Counted from the stretch's first letter, positions 22,401 through 30,620 are shown. The stretch: DNA of 64,000 bases from Occultella glacieicola (GCF_004353825.1 NZ_SMNA01000002.1:372001-436000); one strand, 5' to 3'. Made by a program: numbers and translations. Notes: generated by a model from the sequence alone, not told the origin.

Positions 22401-22453
22401 CGTCGGCGGCGACCCCCGCTCGGGCGGGCGGATCGACTGGCAGCGAATGACAC
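19448..22453 (-). CDS. UPF0182 family membrane protein
   Basis: About 1000 aa; WTEWLWFDQVGY, DPQFGIDLSFY, THGFGVVAA, INYIRNSVKAVV, GNLLTLPV; adjacent to tRNA-fMet as in other actinobacteria; start GTG 22453 or 22462. Confidence 0.93.
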   Translation of the reverse strand: MSFAASRSARPSGGRRRRGVLLPTLLVLVGVVVAFLILARFWTEWLWFDQVGYSEVIRTEWVTRALLFLAGGLVMGGAIWLNLFLAYRHRPMYVPTTQQQQDLDRYREAFEPLRRIAFIGGPILAGFFAGSAASTQWQTALLAVNGQDWGSADPQFGIDLSFYMFSLPFLRFVVSFLMTTTFFCAVAAVFTHYLYGALQPMGRGEKISRPARIHVAVLAAVFTLLIAINYWLDRYSLLSNDGERFSGASYTDINAVLPAKAILAGVAVFVAVLFIYTGVRGNWRLPAVGVSLMVVSAILVGGIYPAIIQGVRVGPNEQNLEAEYIQRNIEATRAAFGLTDVQVEPYSAETVATAGALREDAESTASIRLLDPQVVSPTFRQLQQNRQYYNFPETLSVDRYTIDGESRDTVIAVRDLDLEGSGQNNWVNDHTVFTHGFGVVAAYGNTTTSDGRPAFFEGGIPSTGDLGEYEPRIYFSPNSPEYSIVGAPEGTTPWELDYPDDSAPNGQVNYTFTGEGGPSIGNIWNQALYAARFGSEQILFSDRVTPESQILYNRDPLERVARVAPFLTLEGSTYPAVVDTDGDDTKEVVWVVDAYTTSNEYPYSARQELESAITDSLSESGEVPVAALPEYINYIRNSVKAVVNAYDGSVTLYAWDPEDPILATWDAIFPGKIQPISEISGDLMSHMRYPEDMFKVQRELLARYHVTDAATFFSGGDFWRVPNDPASEGEVAQPPYYLTMALPGQEQASFSLTSSFILNDDTRNVLTGFLAVNAESGNTPGEVAEDYGTLTLLELPRDQTVPGPGQVQNNFNSDTAAANELNILERGGSQVFRGNLLTLPVGGGMLYVQPVYVQSSTGTSFPLLRRVLVAFGDEIGFAQTLDQALDQVFEGDSGANAGDADVDPAPDEGAGSGGGDGTGDGTETPDADAQQRLNDALAAAGTALADSDEALASGDWAAYGEAQTRLEEAIADAVAAEQELAGTTPPADGATEEPTDAETTG

Positions 22454-22529
22454 GGGTGGCACCTCAGGGGGCTTGGGTCAGGACGGCGAGTGCGGGCACA
22501 GCGCTGGACGGCGTGCTCTCACACCTCAC

Positions 22530-22555
22530 AACGCACGAGCCCTCCTGGAAGTTTC
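22530..22555 (-). promoter_or_regulatory. ECF-type promoter upstream of the UPF0182 gene
   Basis: Minus strand GAAAC-N17-CGTT. Confidence 0.45.
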
Positions 22556-22587
22556 GCATACTCTCCCGACGCTGCGACGATGGGGGC

Positions 22588-23136
22588 GTGACCACCGAGA
22601 TGACCCCCCGCGAACGCTCCCTGACCATGGCCGTCATCGAGATCGAGCAACACTCGGCCGCGGCCGGGTGGGACGCCCCCGTGAGTGTGTTCGCGCTGAT
22701 CCGCACGGCCGAGGCCCTCGCGGACAACCCTGCGCTCGCCGAGGAGTTCCCGCCGGAGGTGATCGACGCCGCCCGGCTCGACCCGGAGCACCTGACCTCC
22801 ATCGAGCAGGACGGTCTGCCCGAGTCGGAGAACCTGGAGGAGTTGCTCGCCCAGCTGGCCTGGCCGGAGACGGTGGCCGGTGCCGCGATCGTGGTCGAGC
22901 GGATCGTGGTGCCCCCAGAGGCCGAGGCGAACATGCCGCAGGACCCGGCGGCCGGCGTGGACTACCTGATGAACCACCCGGAACGGCAGGACGTGCGGAT
23001 CGCCGCCGGCCGGCTGCGGACCGGGGAGAGCTGGTGCGCGCTGCGTTCCCGTGCGAACGACAGCGACGACGCCGTCGCCGGCGGGCCGGACGCCGTGCCG
23101 GGCCTGGTCGAGGCCCTGGCGGCGACCTTCCACTGA
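22588..23136 (+). CDS. PPA1309 family protein
   Basis: EIEQHSAAAGWDAP...IEQDGLP...HPERQDVR...VPGLVEALAATF; syntenic between UPF0182 and YlbL. Confidence 0.85.
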   Translation: MTTEMTPRERSLTMAVIEIEQHSAAAGWDAPVSVFALIRTAEALADNPALAEEFPPEVIDAARLDPEHLTSIEQDGLPESENLEELLAQLAWPETVAGAAIVVERIVVPPEAEANMPQDPAAGVDYLMNHPERQDVRIAAGRLRTGESWCALRSRANDSDDAVAGGPDAVPGLVEALAATFH

Positions 23137-23186
23137 GTCCGGGCGGGCTCGGCCGACCGGGCCCAACCCGGTCATGCCGAGTTGGG

Positions 23187-24356
23187 TCAGTCCGCGGTGC
23201 AGACCGGCAGGTCGGCGGTGTCCCCCGCCGCGATCGCCTCGACGGCGGTCTCCGCCTCCGTGAGGGTGGCGACCCGGAACACCTCGAGGCCGTCCGGGAC
23301 GTTGCCGACCACCTCGGCGCAGTTCGCGGCGGGCGCGAGGAAGAAGTCGGCACCGTCACGCTCGGCCGCGTACATCTTGAGCGTGATGCCGCCGATCGGG
23401 CCGACCTCCCCGGCCAGCGACATGGTTCCGGTGCCGGCGACGATCTCACCACCGGTCAGGGCGCCGGGAGTCATCTGGTCGATGATGCCGAGCGCGAACA
23501 TCGTGCCGGCGCTCGGGCCGCCGACGTTCTCGATCCGGATGTCCACGTCGACCGGGAAGTCGAAGTCGGCACTCAGGTAGATGCCGAGCAGGCTGCCGCC
23601 GGCACCGTCGTCAGAGGTGACGATCTCGACGTCGGTCGCCACCCCGACGCGGTCGACCCCGAGGGTCACGGTGGTGTTCGGCGGGGTCGCCGTGAGCGCG
23701 GCGTCGAGGTCGGCGTAGGTCGTGATCGTCGTCGTCGGCAGGTCCGGCGTCCGGATCGAGGTGATCACGTCGCCCTCCTCTACCTGACCGGCGGCGCCCC
23801 GGTCCGGGTCGGCACCGGAGATGGTCAGGGTGGCCGGCACCTCGTAGCCGAGCGCGGTCAGCGCCGAGACGGTCGCGTTCTCCTGCGACGTGGACATCTG
23901 CTGGGCGCCGATGAGGTCCTGCTCCTCCTGGGTCAGCGTGGGGTCCACCGCCGTCTCCACCGGCACCACCTTCCGCCCGGCGGACAGCCAGCCACGGATC
24001 ACGCTCCCGACGTCCACCGGGAACCCCGGACCACCGGCCGTCGTCACCGTGGTCAGCCGCAGTTCGCCCTCGGTGGGGTAGGTCTCGGCGCCCTCGACCG
24101 TGATCAAGGGCACGTCGTCGACCGAACCGAGCGTGTTGAACGTGGGCCCGGCGCCCTGGACCGCGAACGGCACGGGCTGCAGGATCATCGTCAGCAGGAG
24201 CCCGAAGGCGACCACCCCCGAGACGGTCATGGTGACCGAGCGGGTCGTCAGCCCGAGGCGCCGGCGCAGGCCACGCCACCGGCCGCCGAGGCTCGGCGGT
24301 GCCGGGTCCTGGAGCGGTTCGGGGTGCATCACGGACTCGGGCGCCTGCATCGACAT
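23187..24356 (-). CDS. YlbL-like PDZ / Lon-C (S16) serine protease
   Basis: TM anchor, PDZ-like region, VGGPSAGTMF (catalytic Ser), AGTGT, GPIGGITLK (catalytic Lys). Confidence 0.92.
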   Translation of the reverse strand: MSMQAPESVMHPEPLQDPAPPSLGGRWRGLRRRLGLTTRSVTMTVSGVVAFGLLLTMILQPVPFAVQGAGPTFNTLGSVDDVPLITVEGAETYPTEGELRLTTVTTAGGPGFPVDVGSVIRGWLSAGRKVVPVETAVDPTLTQEEQDLIGAQQMSTSQENATVSALTALGYEVPATLTISGADPDRGAAGQVEEGDVITSIRTPDLPTTTITTYADLDAALTATPPNTTVTLGVDRVGVATDVEIVTSDDGAGGSLLGIYLSADFDFPVDVDIRIENVGGPSAGTMFALGIIDQMTPGALTGGEIVAGTGTMSLAGEVGPIGGITLKMYAAERDGADFFLAPAANCAEVVGNVPDGLEVFRVATLTEAETAVEAIAAGDTADLPVCTAD

Positions 24357-24443
24357 TCCACCATCATCCCCTGAGCCTGCGCCCTGAGCGAAAGCCACCC
24401 GCTCGGGCATCGCATCCCTACGCCGGTGTGGTTACCGTGAGGC

Positions 24444-25910
24444 ATGACCGAGCAGACCCCGTCAGGCCGCGAGGAGTGGCGCCGCATGCTCGAGCAGATG
24501 CTCGGGCCGGAGGCGGCCGAGGAGGCCATGCACGCCCTCGAGGCCAGCGGCGTGGATCCGGAGCAGTTCGCTTCGGTCGCCGGCATGCCGCAGAACCCGC
24601 AGCAGATGGCGGCGGCGATGTCACAGATGCGGCAGATCCTGTCCGCTGACGACGGCGGCGCGTCCGACTGGCGGATCGCCCACGACGTGGCCCGGCAGGC
24701 CGCGCACACCGGTGGCGATCCGAGCGTCTCGGCAGCGGACGCGGCGAAGACCCGGTCCGTGCTCAGCGTGGCCGATCTCTGGCTCGACGCGGCCACCGAA
24801 CTCCCGCCGTCGGGCGGCAAGCAGTACGCCGCCTCGCGCGCCGAGTGGGTGGAGCGGACCCTGCCCACGTGGCGCACCGTGGCCGAACCCATCGCGACGT
24901 CGGTGGCTGACGCCCTGGCCACCATGATGAGCGCCGAGGAACTGCCCGAGGAGGCCTCGGCGATGCTCGGTGGGGTCGACATCGGCGCCATGATGCGCCG
25001 CCTCGGCGCCCTGAGTTTCGCCATGCAGGTGGGCCAGGCGGCCGGCACCCTGTCCCGCGAGGTGTTCGGCGGGACCGACACCGGACTGCCGCTCCTGCCC
25101 GAGCCAAGCCTGCTGCTGGTGCCGGCGAACCTGCGCGAGTTCGCGGCCGACCTGGATGCCCCCGAGGACGAGGTGTGGCACTTCCTCGCGGTCCGGGAGG
25201 CCGCCCATGCCCGGCTGTTCGCCCACGTGCCGTGGTTGCGCGGCCACCTGCTGGGCGCCGTCGAGCAGTACGCCCGCGGCATCGAGATCGACCTGGCGCA
25301 CCTGGAGGAGCAGGTCCGGTCCATCGACCCCACGGACATGGACCAGCTCCGCAGCGCCCTCTCCGGCGGGATCTTCGCCGCTCAGCACACCCCGTCCCAG
25401 GAACAGGCGCTGTCCCGCCTGGAGACCGCCCTGGCGCTGGTGGAGGGCTGGGTCGAGGAGGTCACCGCGAACGCGGTGGCCCCCCACCTGCCCCACCACG
25501 TGCCGTTGCGGGAGATGCTGCGCCGGCGCCGGGCGGCCGGTGGACCGGCCGAGGACACCTTCCACACCCTCGTCGGCCTGGAGTTGCGGCCGCGGCGGGC
25601 CCGGGACGCCGCGTCCCTGTGGGCGCTGGTGGCCCGCGAGCAGGGCCTGCAGGCCCGGGACGCCCTGTGGTCCCACCCGGACGTGATCCCCAACGCGGCC
25701 GACCTCGACTCCCCGGCCGGCTTCCTGGCCCGGCGTGCCCTCGCGGCCCAGGAGGACCACGACGTCGACGCCGCACTAGCGGCCATGCTGGACGGCGAGC
25801 TCGGGTATGAGGCCGGGGCAGCCGAGAACGACGGCGGCGGGCGGGAAGGTACCGAAGGCTCGCCCGAGGATCGGGGCGGGGCCTCCGAGCCCGACGGCGA
25901 CCGGGACTGA
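24444..25910 (+). CDS. Zinc-dependent metalloprotease (zincin_2 / DUF2342)
   Basis: REAAHARLF, LALVEGWV, RRRAAGGPAE, GLELRPRR, LWSHPD. Confidence 0.9.
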   Translation: MTEQTPSGREEWRRMLEQMLGPEAAEEAMHALEASGVDPEQFASVAGMPQNPQQMAAAMSQMRQILSADDGGASDWRIAHDVARQAAHTGGDPSVSAADAAKTRSVLSVADLWLDAATELPPSGGKQYAASRAEWVERTLPTWRTVAEPIATSVADALATMMSAEELPEEASAMLGGVDIGAMMRRLGALSFAMQVGQAAGTLSREVFGGTDTGLPLLPEPSLLLVPANLREFAADLDAPEDEVWHFLAVREAAHARLFAHVPWLRGHLLGAVEQYARGIEIDLAHLEEQVRSIDPTDMDQLRSALSGGIFAAQHTPSQEQALSRLETALALVEGWVEEVTANAVAPHLPHHVPLREMLRRRRAAGGPAEDTFHTLVGLELRPRRARDAASLWALVAREQGLQARDALWSHPDVIPNAADLDSPAGFLARRALAAQEDHDVDAALAAMLDGELGYEAGAAENDGGGREGTEGSPEDRGGASEPDGDRD

Positions 25911-25947
25911 CCGGGCCACGCCACCCGGCGGGCCGGGCTGCGGCGAC

Positions 25948-26475
25948 TCAGCCGGCCGGCAGGTCGCGGGCGTGGGTGACCCCGAGCAGGAAGCCGCGGG
26001 CCCGCTCGGTCTGCGGGTAGCGTCCGACCAGGTCCCAGAAGTCCGGGCCGTGGCCCGGGACGAGCAGGTGCGCCAACTCGTGCAGGAGCACGTAGTCGAG
26101 CACCCACTCGGGCATGCCCTGGGCCCGGTCGGAGATCCGGACGGTGCGGCGCGCCGGCGTGCAGGAACCCCAGCGGGTGTCCTGGTTCGCGACCCAGGCC
26201 ACCGACGCCGGCGGGGTGAGTCCGTCGAGGTAGGTGGCACACAGGTACGCCGCGCGCGCGGCGAGCGCGTCGTCGGACGGTCGGCGGCGCTGGTCGGAGG
26301 CCGCCATCCGGCTCAGCATCCTGGCGACCCAGGCGTCCTCCTCGGCCCGGGTGAACCGGCTCGGGATCGCCACCACGGTCCGGCCCGCCTCACGGTAGGC
26401 GGACACGGTCTTGCGACGGCGGGTGCTGCGTCGCACCTCGACCGTGCCGTGGCCCTCGATCTCCCGCTCGCTCAT
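25948..26475 (-). CDS. YgjP/DUF45 (M48-like) metallopeptidase
   Basis: VEVRRSTRRRKTV, RWGSCT, HELAH (HExxH), HGPDFW. Confidence 0.9.
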   Translation of the reverse strand: MSEREIEGHGTVEVRRSTRRRKTVSAYREAGRTVVAIPSRFTRAEEDAWVARMLSRMAASDQRRRPSDDALAARAAYLCATYLDGLTPPASVAWVANQDTRWGSCTPARRTVRISDRAQGMPEWVLDYVLLHELAHLLVPGHGPDFWDLVGRYPQTERARGFLLGVTHARDLPAG

Positions 26476-26506
26476 CTCGGCTTCACTGTGGCACAGCACG
26501 ACCCGG

Positions 26507-26515
26507 TTATCCACA
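26507..26515 (+). promoter_or_regulatory. Perfect DnaA box TTATCCACA
   Basis: Exact consensus in a divergent intergenic region. Confidence 0.45.
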
Positions 26516-26579
26516 GCCGCCGTGACTTCCACGACCGGCTCGCGCGCGCCGTGGCACGCTCGGGTCCGAGGGAGGGGAC

Positions 26580-27653
26580 ATGCGACTTCACGACGGATTC
26601 GAGGTCTACTGGCGATCGCCCGGAGCGTCCCAGGTGGGGCTGGACCCGCGCTGTTCGGTGCTGCTGGAGGAACTGAGCGACGGCGAGCAGCGGGTGCTCG
26701 AGGCCCTCGGTCGGGAGATCGACCGGGCGGCCCTGCTCACGCTCGCGAACGCCCACTCGGTGCGCACCGTGGACGTCGACGCCATGCTCGAACGTCTCCG
26801 GACGGCGGGGGTCCTGCGGGAGGACGACGAGCAGAGCGCCGGCTCTGGTGCCGACCCGGATGCCCGGTACTGGCGGGCGGCCGAGGTGGCCGGGATCGAG
26901 GGCCCGGGCCCGCGGGTCGACCGGGTGGTCCAGGTCTGCGGGGTCGACCAGCTGGGCCTTCGGGTCGCGGGCATCCTGGCCCAGGCGGGCGTCGGGTCCG
27001 TCCTTCTGCAGGACCGGTCCCGGGTGCGGCCGGAGGATGTCGGCGCCGGGATGTTCCGCCCGGGCGACGTCGGCGTCAACAGGGCGGAGGTGGGGCGGTC
27101 GGTCCTGCGCGCTGCGGATCCGAAGGTGCGGGTGAGCGTGCCGCCCGGCACCCGTCCGGACCTCGTGGTGGTGGTCGAGCACGGGGTGGTCGACCCGGTG
27201 CCGTTGCGGGCCCTGATGCGCGAGGACGTCGCGCACCTGCCGGTGCTGGTCAGGGAACTGGACGTCGTCGTCGGTCCACTGGTGCGTCCGGGGCTTGGCG
27301 TCTGTCTGCGGTGCGTGGACCTGTACCGGTGCGAGGCGGACCCACGCTGGCCGGCGGTCGCCACCCAGGTGGCGGCCCGCCCGCCCGCCGGGGTCGAGAC
27401 CTCGCTCGGGTGGTCGGGTGCGGCGGTGGCCGCGGGCCAGGTCCTCGCCGTTCTGGACGGGCGGCCGGCCGCCGTCGAGGGCGCCGGGGTGGAACTGACG
27501 GCGTGGGACCCGGTCCCGGTGGTACGCACCTGGCAGGTGCACCCCGAGTGCGGCTGCTCCCCGGCCGCGCTCAGCGCGCCGTCAGGTGGTTCGACCCGGC
27601 CGGCACGTGGTTCGACCAGGCCGACCGGGTCGGCGAGGGGCGGGCACCGGTGA
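26580..27653 (+). CDS. ThiF/MoeB-like (E1 superfamily) protein
   Basis: LAQAGVGSV, VVGPLVRPG, CLRC, HPECGC; GGAGG RBS. Confidence 0.8.
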   Translation: MRLHDGFEVYWRSPGASQVGLDPRCSVLLEELSDGEQRVLEALGREIDRAALLTLANAHSVRTVDVDAMLERLRTAGVLREDDEQSAGSGADPDARYWRAAEVAGIEGPGPRVDRVVQVCGVDQLGLRVAGILAQAGVGSVLLQDRSRVRPEDVGAGMFRPGDVGVNRAEVGRSVLRAADPKVRVSVPPGTRPDLVVVVEHGVVDPVPLRALMREDVAHLPVLVRELDVVVGPLVRPGLGVCLRCVDLYRCEADPRWPAVATQVAARPPAGVETSLGWSGAAVAAGQVLAVLDGRPAAVEGAGVELTAWDPVPVVRTWQVHPECGCSPAALSAPSGGSTRPARGSTRPTGSARGGHR

Positions 27654-27668
27654 CCGGTACCCGCCCCT
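27636..27668. terminator. Hairpin between the convergent ThiF-like gene and whiB7
   Basis: AGGGGCGGGCACCGG-TGA-CCGGTACCCGCCCCT. Confidence 0.6.
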
Positions 27669-27693
27669 GCGCGGTGGCGTGACCCGCCGTCGC

Positions 27694-28062
27694 TCAGGCC
27701 GCCGAGGAGTCCCGGCGGGCGGACGGTGCGTACGGGTCGTCCTTGCGCGGACGGCCGCGGCCTCGCTTACGGGCCACGACCTGACCGTCGATGAAGACCT
27801 CCCCGCCCCAGACGCCCCACGGCTCGTGCCGCTCGATGGCGCCTTCGAGGCACTCCTTGCGGATCGGGCAGGTAACGCAGAGCGCCTTGGCGCGCTCGAC
27901 GTCGGCGCCTTGTTCGGCGAACCAGAGGTCCTGGTTCCGCGCGTCCTGACACGGCAGCGGCTGGTCGCCCGAGATCGGGAGGTCGATCGTCTGCTCGGGT
28001 AGGGGCCAGGTCGTGGCCGATCCCCCGAGGGAGAGTTGATCGAGAACTGATGTGAACTGCAC
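27694..28062 (-). CDS. whiB7: WhiB7/WblC transcriptional activator
   Basis: Four Cys (C...CVTC...C), EPWGVWGGE turn and C-terminal AT-hook KRGRGRPRK; AGGAG RBS before GTG 28062; downstream of uvrD2. Confidence 0.93.
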   Translation of the reverse strand: MQFTSVLDQLSLGGSATTWPLPEQTIDLPISGDQPLPCQDARNQDLWFAEQGADVERAKALCVTCPIRKECLEGAIERHEPWGVWGGEVFIDGQVVARKRGRGRPRKDDPYAPSARRDSSAA

Positions 28063-28153
28063 GAGATGCTCCTGAGGCATGGTGTGTGGGTCGACCGGTG
28101 GGGTACCGGGTCTGTCACAGACCGGGGAGATCTATCCCTGGAGTAGTGAGAAG

Positions 28154-28183
28154 AGCCGCGGACCCTTGATGGGCTCCGCGGCT
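28154..28183 (-). terminator. Attenuator terminator in the whiB7 leader
   Basis: AGCCGCGGA-G-CCC ATCAA GGG TCCGCGGCT, followed by CTTCTC on the minus strand. Confidence 0.75.
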
Positions 28184-28205
28184 GGGACTCAGTGCAGTGC
28201 TGCTG

Positions 28206-28370
28206 CTAACTGATCCTGGCGGCGGAGCCGGGCATGGCTGTGCCGGGAACGGCGATACCGATGGGCGCGATGCCGGCCTTGCCGGCCGTGCCGATGGCAC
28301 GGCCCACAGTGAACACAACGAAGCGCGGTCGGAGATCGACGCGGGTGACGGTGACGTCAGACAGATTCAT
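28206..28370 (-). CDS. whiB7 leader peptide (uORF), 54 aa
   Basis: MNLSDVTVTRVDLRPRFVVFTVGRAIGTAGKAGIAPIGIAVPGTAMPGSAARIS*; GAAGGGAG SD upstream (alternative TTG start at 28373); ends 22 nt before the terminator. Confidence 0.7.
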   Translation of the reverse strand: MNLSDVTVTRVDLRPRFVVFTVGRAIGTAGKAGIAPIGIAVPGTAMPGSAARIS

Positions 28371-28449
28371 CAATTGTGTTCACTCCCTTCAGGCCTTGGG
28401 GGCTGCTTGTCGCTGGCTAGGCGCAACCCATCGATCAGGAACGTGTGAC

Positions 28450-28498
28450 AGCCTACGTCCCCGCGCCCGCGAGGCCCAACCTTTTATCGAACTTTCTT
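28450..28498 (-). promoter_or_regulatory. WhiB7-dependent (autoregulatory) promoter
   Basis: AT-rich AAGAAAGTTCGATAAAA immediately upstream of TTGGGC-N18-TAGGCT. Confidence 0.7.
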
Positions 28499-28502
28499 CG
28501 AA

Positions 28503-30548
28503 TCAGTTTTCGCCGGGGTCCTCACCGCGCACGACGGCGAGGATCTGAGGGCCGTAGGCCTCGAGTTTCGTGGGGCCGATCCCGCGCAGGATCGCGAGGT
28601 GCCGGAGCTCGCGCGGCTGGGCGGCGGCGACGGCGATCAGGGTGGTGTCGTGCAGGATCGTGAAGGGCGGCTTGTCGATCCGTTCTGCGACGCCGGCCCG
28701 CCACCGCCGCAACCGCTCGACGAGTTCGGGGTCCGCGTCCTGCGCGGCGATCGCGGAGGTCAGGGCCGCCCGACGCCCGGCCCGGGAGTCCGAGTGGCGC
28801 CCCTGGCGGCGCCCGCCGGCGTCCTGGTCCGGCCAGATCCCGTCCAGGAACCGGGACCGCTTGCGGGTGCCCCGCCCACCGGTGTTGCGGGACCGGGCGT
28901 AGGACAGGTGCAGGTGCTCGCGGGCGCGCGTGATGCCCACGTACAGGAGCCGGCGCTCCTCCTCGATCGCGTCGTCGCCCTCGGCGAGCGAGATCGGCAG
29001 CAGCCCCTCGCTGACCCCGACCAGGAACGCCGCGTCCCATTCCAGACCCTTCGCGGCATGCAGGGACGCCAGCGTCACCCCTTCCACGGTGGGCGCATGC
29101 TGGGCGGCGGCGCGCTCGGACAGCTCCGCCACGAACGCCGGCATGTCCGCCCCGCGGGCCGCCGCGAGTTCGTCCGCGAGCCCGACCAGTGAGTTCAGCG
29201 ACTCCCAACGCTCCCGGACCGCGCCGCGGGCGGCGGGGGCTTCCGGCTCCCAGCCGACGCTGCTCAGCACGTCCCGGACCAGTTCGGGCATCGGGGTCTC
29301 CCCCTGGCTCCGGGCGGCCCCGCGTAGCAGGACGACGGCGTCGCGCACCTCCTTGCGGGAGAAGAACCGCTCGCCGCCGCGCACCAGGTAGCCGATCCCG
29401 GCGCCGCTGAGCGCCTGCTCGAACGCCTCCGACTGGGCGTTGGTGCGATACAGCACGGCGATCTCGCTCGGCTTCACACCGCCGCGGACCAGATCCCCGA
29501 TCCGCGCGGCGACCGCGCGAGCCTCGGACTCGTCGTCGTCGTAGGTCTCGAACCCCACGGCCGGCCCGGACGGCCGTTGCGCCCTGAGCTCGACGGCGGC
29601 GCTCGAGCGCGCCACACCCGCGCGGGCGAGCACGTTGTTCGCCAGCGAGACCACCTGCGGTGTCGAGCGGTAGTCGCGGACCAGCCGCACGACCGTGGCC
29701 CCGGGATGCCGGCGCCCGAACTCGGTCAGGTAGCGCGGGCTCGCACCGGTGAAGGAGTAGATGGTCTGGGAGACGTCCCCGACCACGCAGACCTCGGACC
29801 GCTCACCCAGCCAGAGCTCCAGCAACCGGTGCTGGAGCGGGGAGACGTCCTGGAACTCGTCGACGATGAAGTGGCGGTACTGCTTGCGGACCTCGGCGGC
29901 GATGTCCCCGCGCTCGGCGAGGATCCCGACCATGAGCAGGAGCACGTCCTCGAAGTCGATCACGTGCCGCTCGGTCTTGGCGTCCTCGTACACCGAGAGC
30001 AGCCTGGCGACCGTGGTCAGGTCCTGACCGGCGGCGCCGGCCCGCCCGGCCCGGGCGGCGGCCGCGACGTAGTCCTCGGCGGTGACCATGGAGACCTTGG
30101 CCCACTCGACCTCGGCCGCGAGGTCCCGGATGGCCAGCCGGTCCACGGTCACGCCGAGCCGGCCGGCGGCTTCGGCGATCAGCGGAGCCTTGTGCTCGAC
30201 GATGCGCGGGATGCCACCGCCGATCGCCGCCGGCCAGAAGTAGGAGAGCTGGCGCAGGGCCGCGGCATGGAACGTGCGGGCCTGCACCCCGGAGACCCCG
30301 AGGTCGCGCAGGCGGGCGCGCATCTCACCGGCCGCGCGCGCCGTGAACGTCACAGCGAGCACCGTGGTGGGGTTGTACACGCCGGTGACCACCCCGTGTG
30401 CGATCCGGTAGGTGACCGCCCGGGTCTTGCCTGTCCCGGCGCCCGCGAGCACGCACACCGGACCGGTGAGCTGGGCGGCGACGGCGCGCTGGTCCTCGTC
30501 GAGGGCGGCGAGCAGCTCCTCGGCGCCGGGCAGGGTGGGTACGGACAT
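28503..30548 (-). CDS. uvrD2: ATP-dependent DNA helicase UvrD2
   Basis: AGAGTGKT, VDEFQD, HAAKGLEW, EERRLLYVGITRA; C-terminal HRDC domain. Confidence 0.93.
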   Translation of the reverse strand: MSVPTLPGAEELLAALDEDQRAVAAQLTGPVCVLAGAGTGKTRAVTYRIAHGVVTGVYNPTTVLAVTFTARAAGEMRARLRDLGVSGVQARTFHAAALRQLSYFWPAAIGGGIPRIVEHKAPLIAEAAGRLGVTVDRLAIRDLAAEVEWAKVSMVTAEDYVAAAARAGRAGAAGQDLTTVARLLSVYEDAKTERHVIDFEDVLLLMVGILAERGDIAAEVRKQYRHFIVDEFQDVSPLQHRLLELWLGERSEVCVVGDVSQTIYSFTGASPRYLTEFGRRHPGATVVRLVRDYRSTPQVVSLANNVLARAGVARSSAAVELRAQRPSGPAVGFETYDDDESEARAVAARIGDLVRGGVKPSEIAVLYRTNAQSEAFEQALSGAGIGYLVRGGERFFSRKEVRDAVVLLRGAARSQGETPMPELVRDVLSSVGWEPEAPAARGAVRERWESLNSLVGLADELAAARGADMPAFVAELSERAAAQHAPTVEGVTLASLHAAKGLEWDAAFLVGVSEGLLPISLAEGDDAIEEERRLLYVGITRAREHLHLSYARSRNTGGRGTRKRSRFLDGIWPDQDAGGRRQGRHSDSRAGRRAALTSAIAAQDADPELVERLRRWRAGVAERIDKPPFTILHDTTLIAVAAAQPRELRHLAILRGIGPTKLEAYGPQILAVVRGEDPGEN

Positions 30549-30556
30549 CACCGATG

Positions 30557-30578
30557 ATTCTCGCAGCCGGCTCCGACA
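30557..30578 (-). promoter_or_regulatory. RecA-NDp / PafBC-type promoter of uvrD2
   Basis: TGTCGG-N10-GAGAAT, 8 nt upstream of the ATG. Confidence 0.65.
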
Positions 30579-30589
30579 CCGGCGTGCGC

Positions 30590-30616
30590 CATCCACAGCA
30601 TCCACAACATCCACAG
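30590..30616 (+). repeat. Tandem 9-mer CATCCACA(G/A), 3 copies
   Basis: Directly visible in the uvrD2/mrx1 divergent region. Confidence 0.85.
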
Positions 30617-30620
30617 CAGC

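Noticed and set aside
26580..28370. ThiF-like protein plus small ORF as a RiPP cluster
   Set aside because: No YcaO, dehydrogenase or exporter; the small ORF is explained as the whiB7 leader
28357..28383. 8-codon alternative uORF GTG-AAC-ACA-ATT-GAT-GAA-TCT-GTC-TGA in the whiB7 leader
   Set aside because: Its GTG abuts the SD with no spacer; the TTG/ATG of the 54-aa uORF is properly spaced
30590..30616. Short repeats as a CRISPR array
   Set aside because: Contiguous 9-mers with no spacers, and no cas genes
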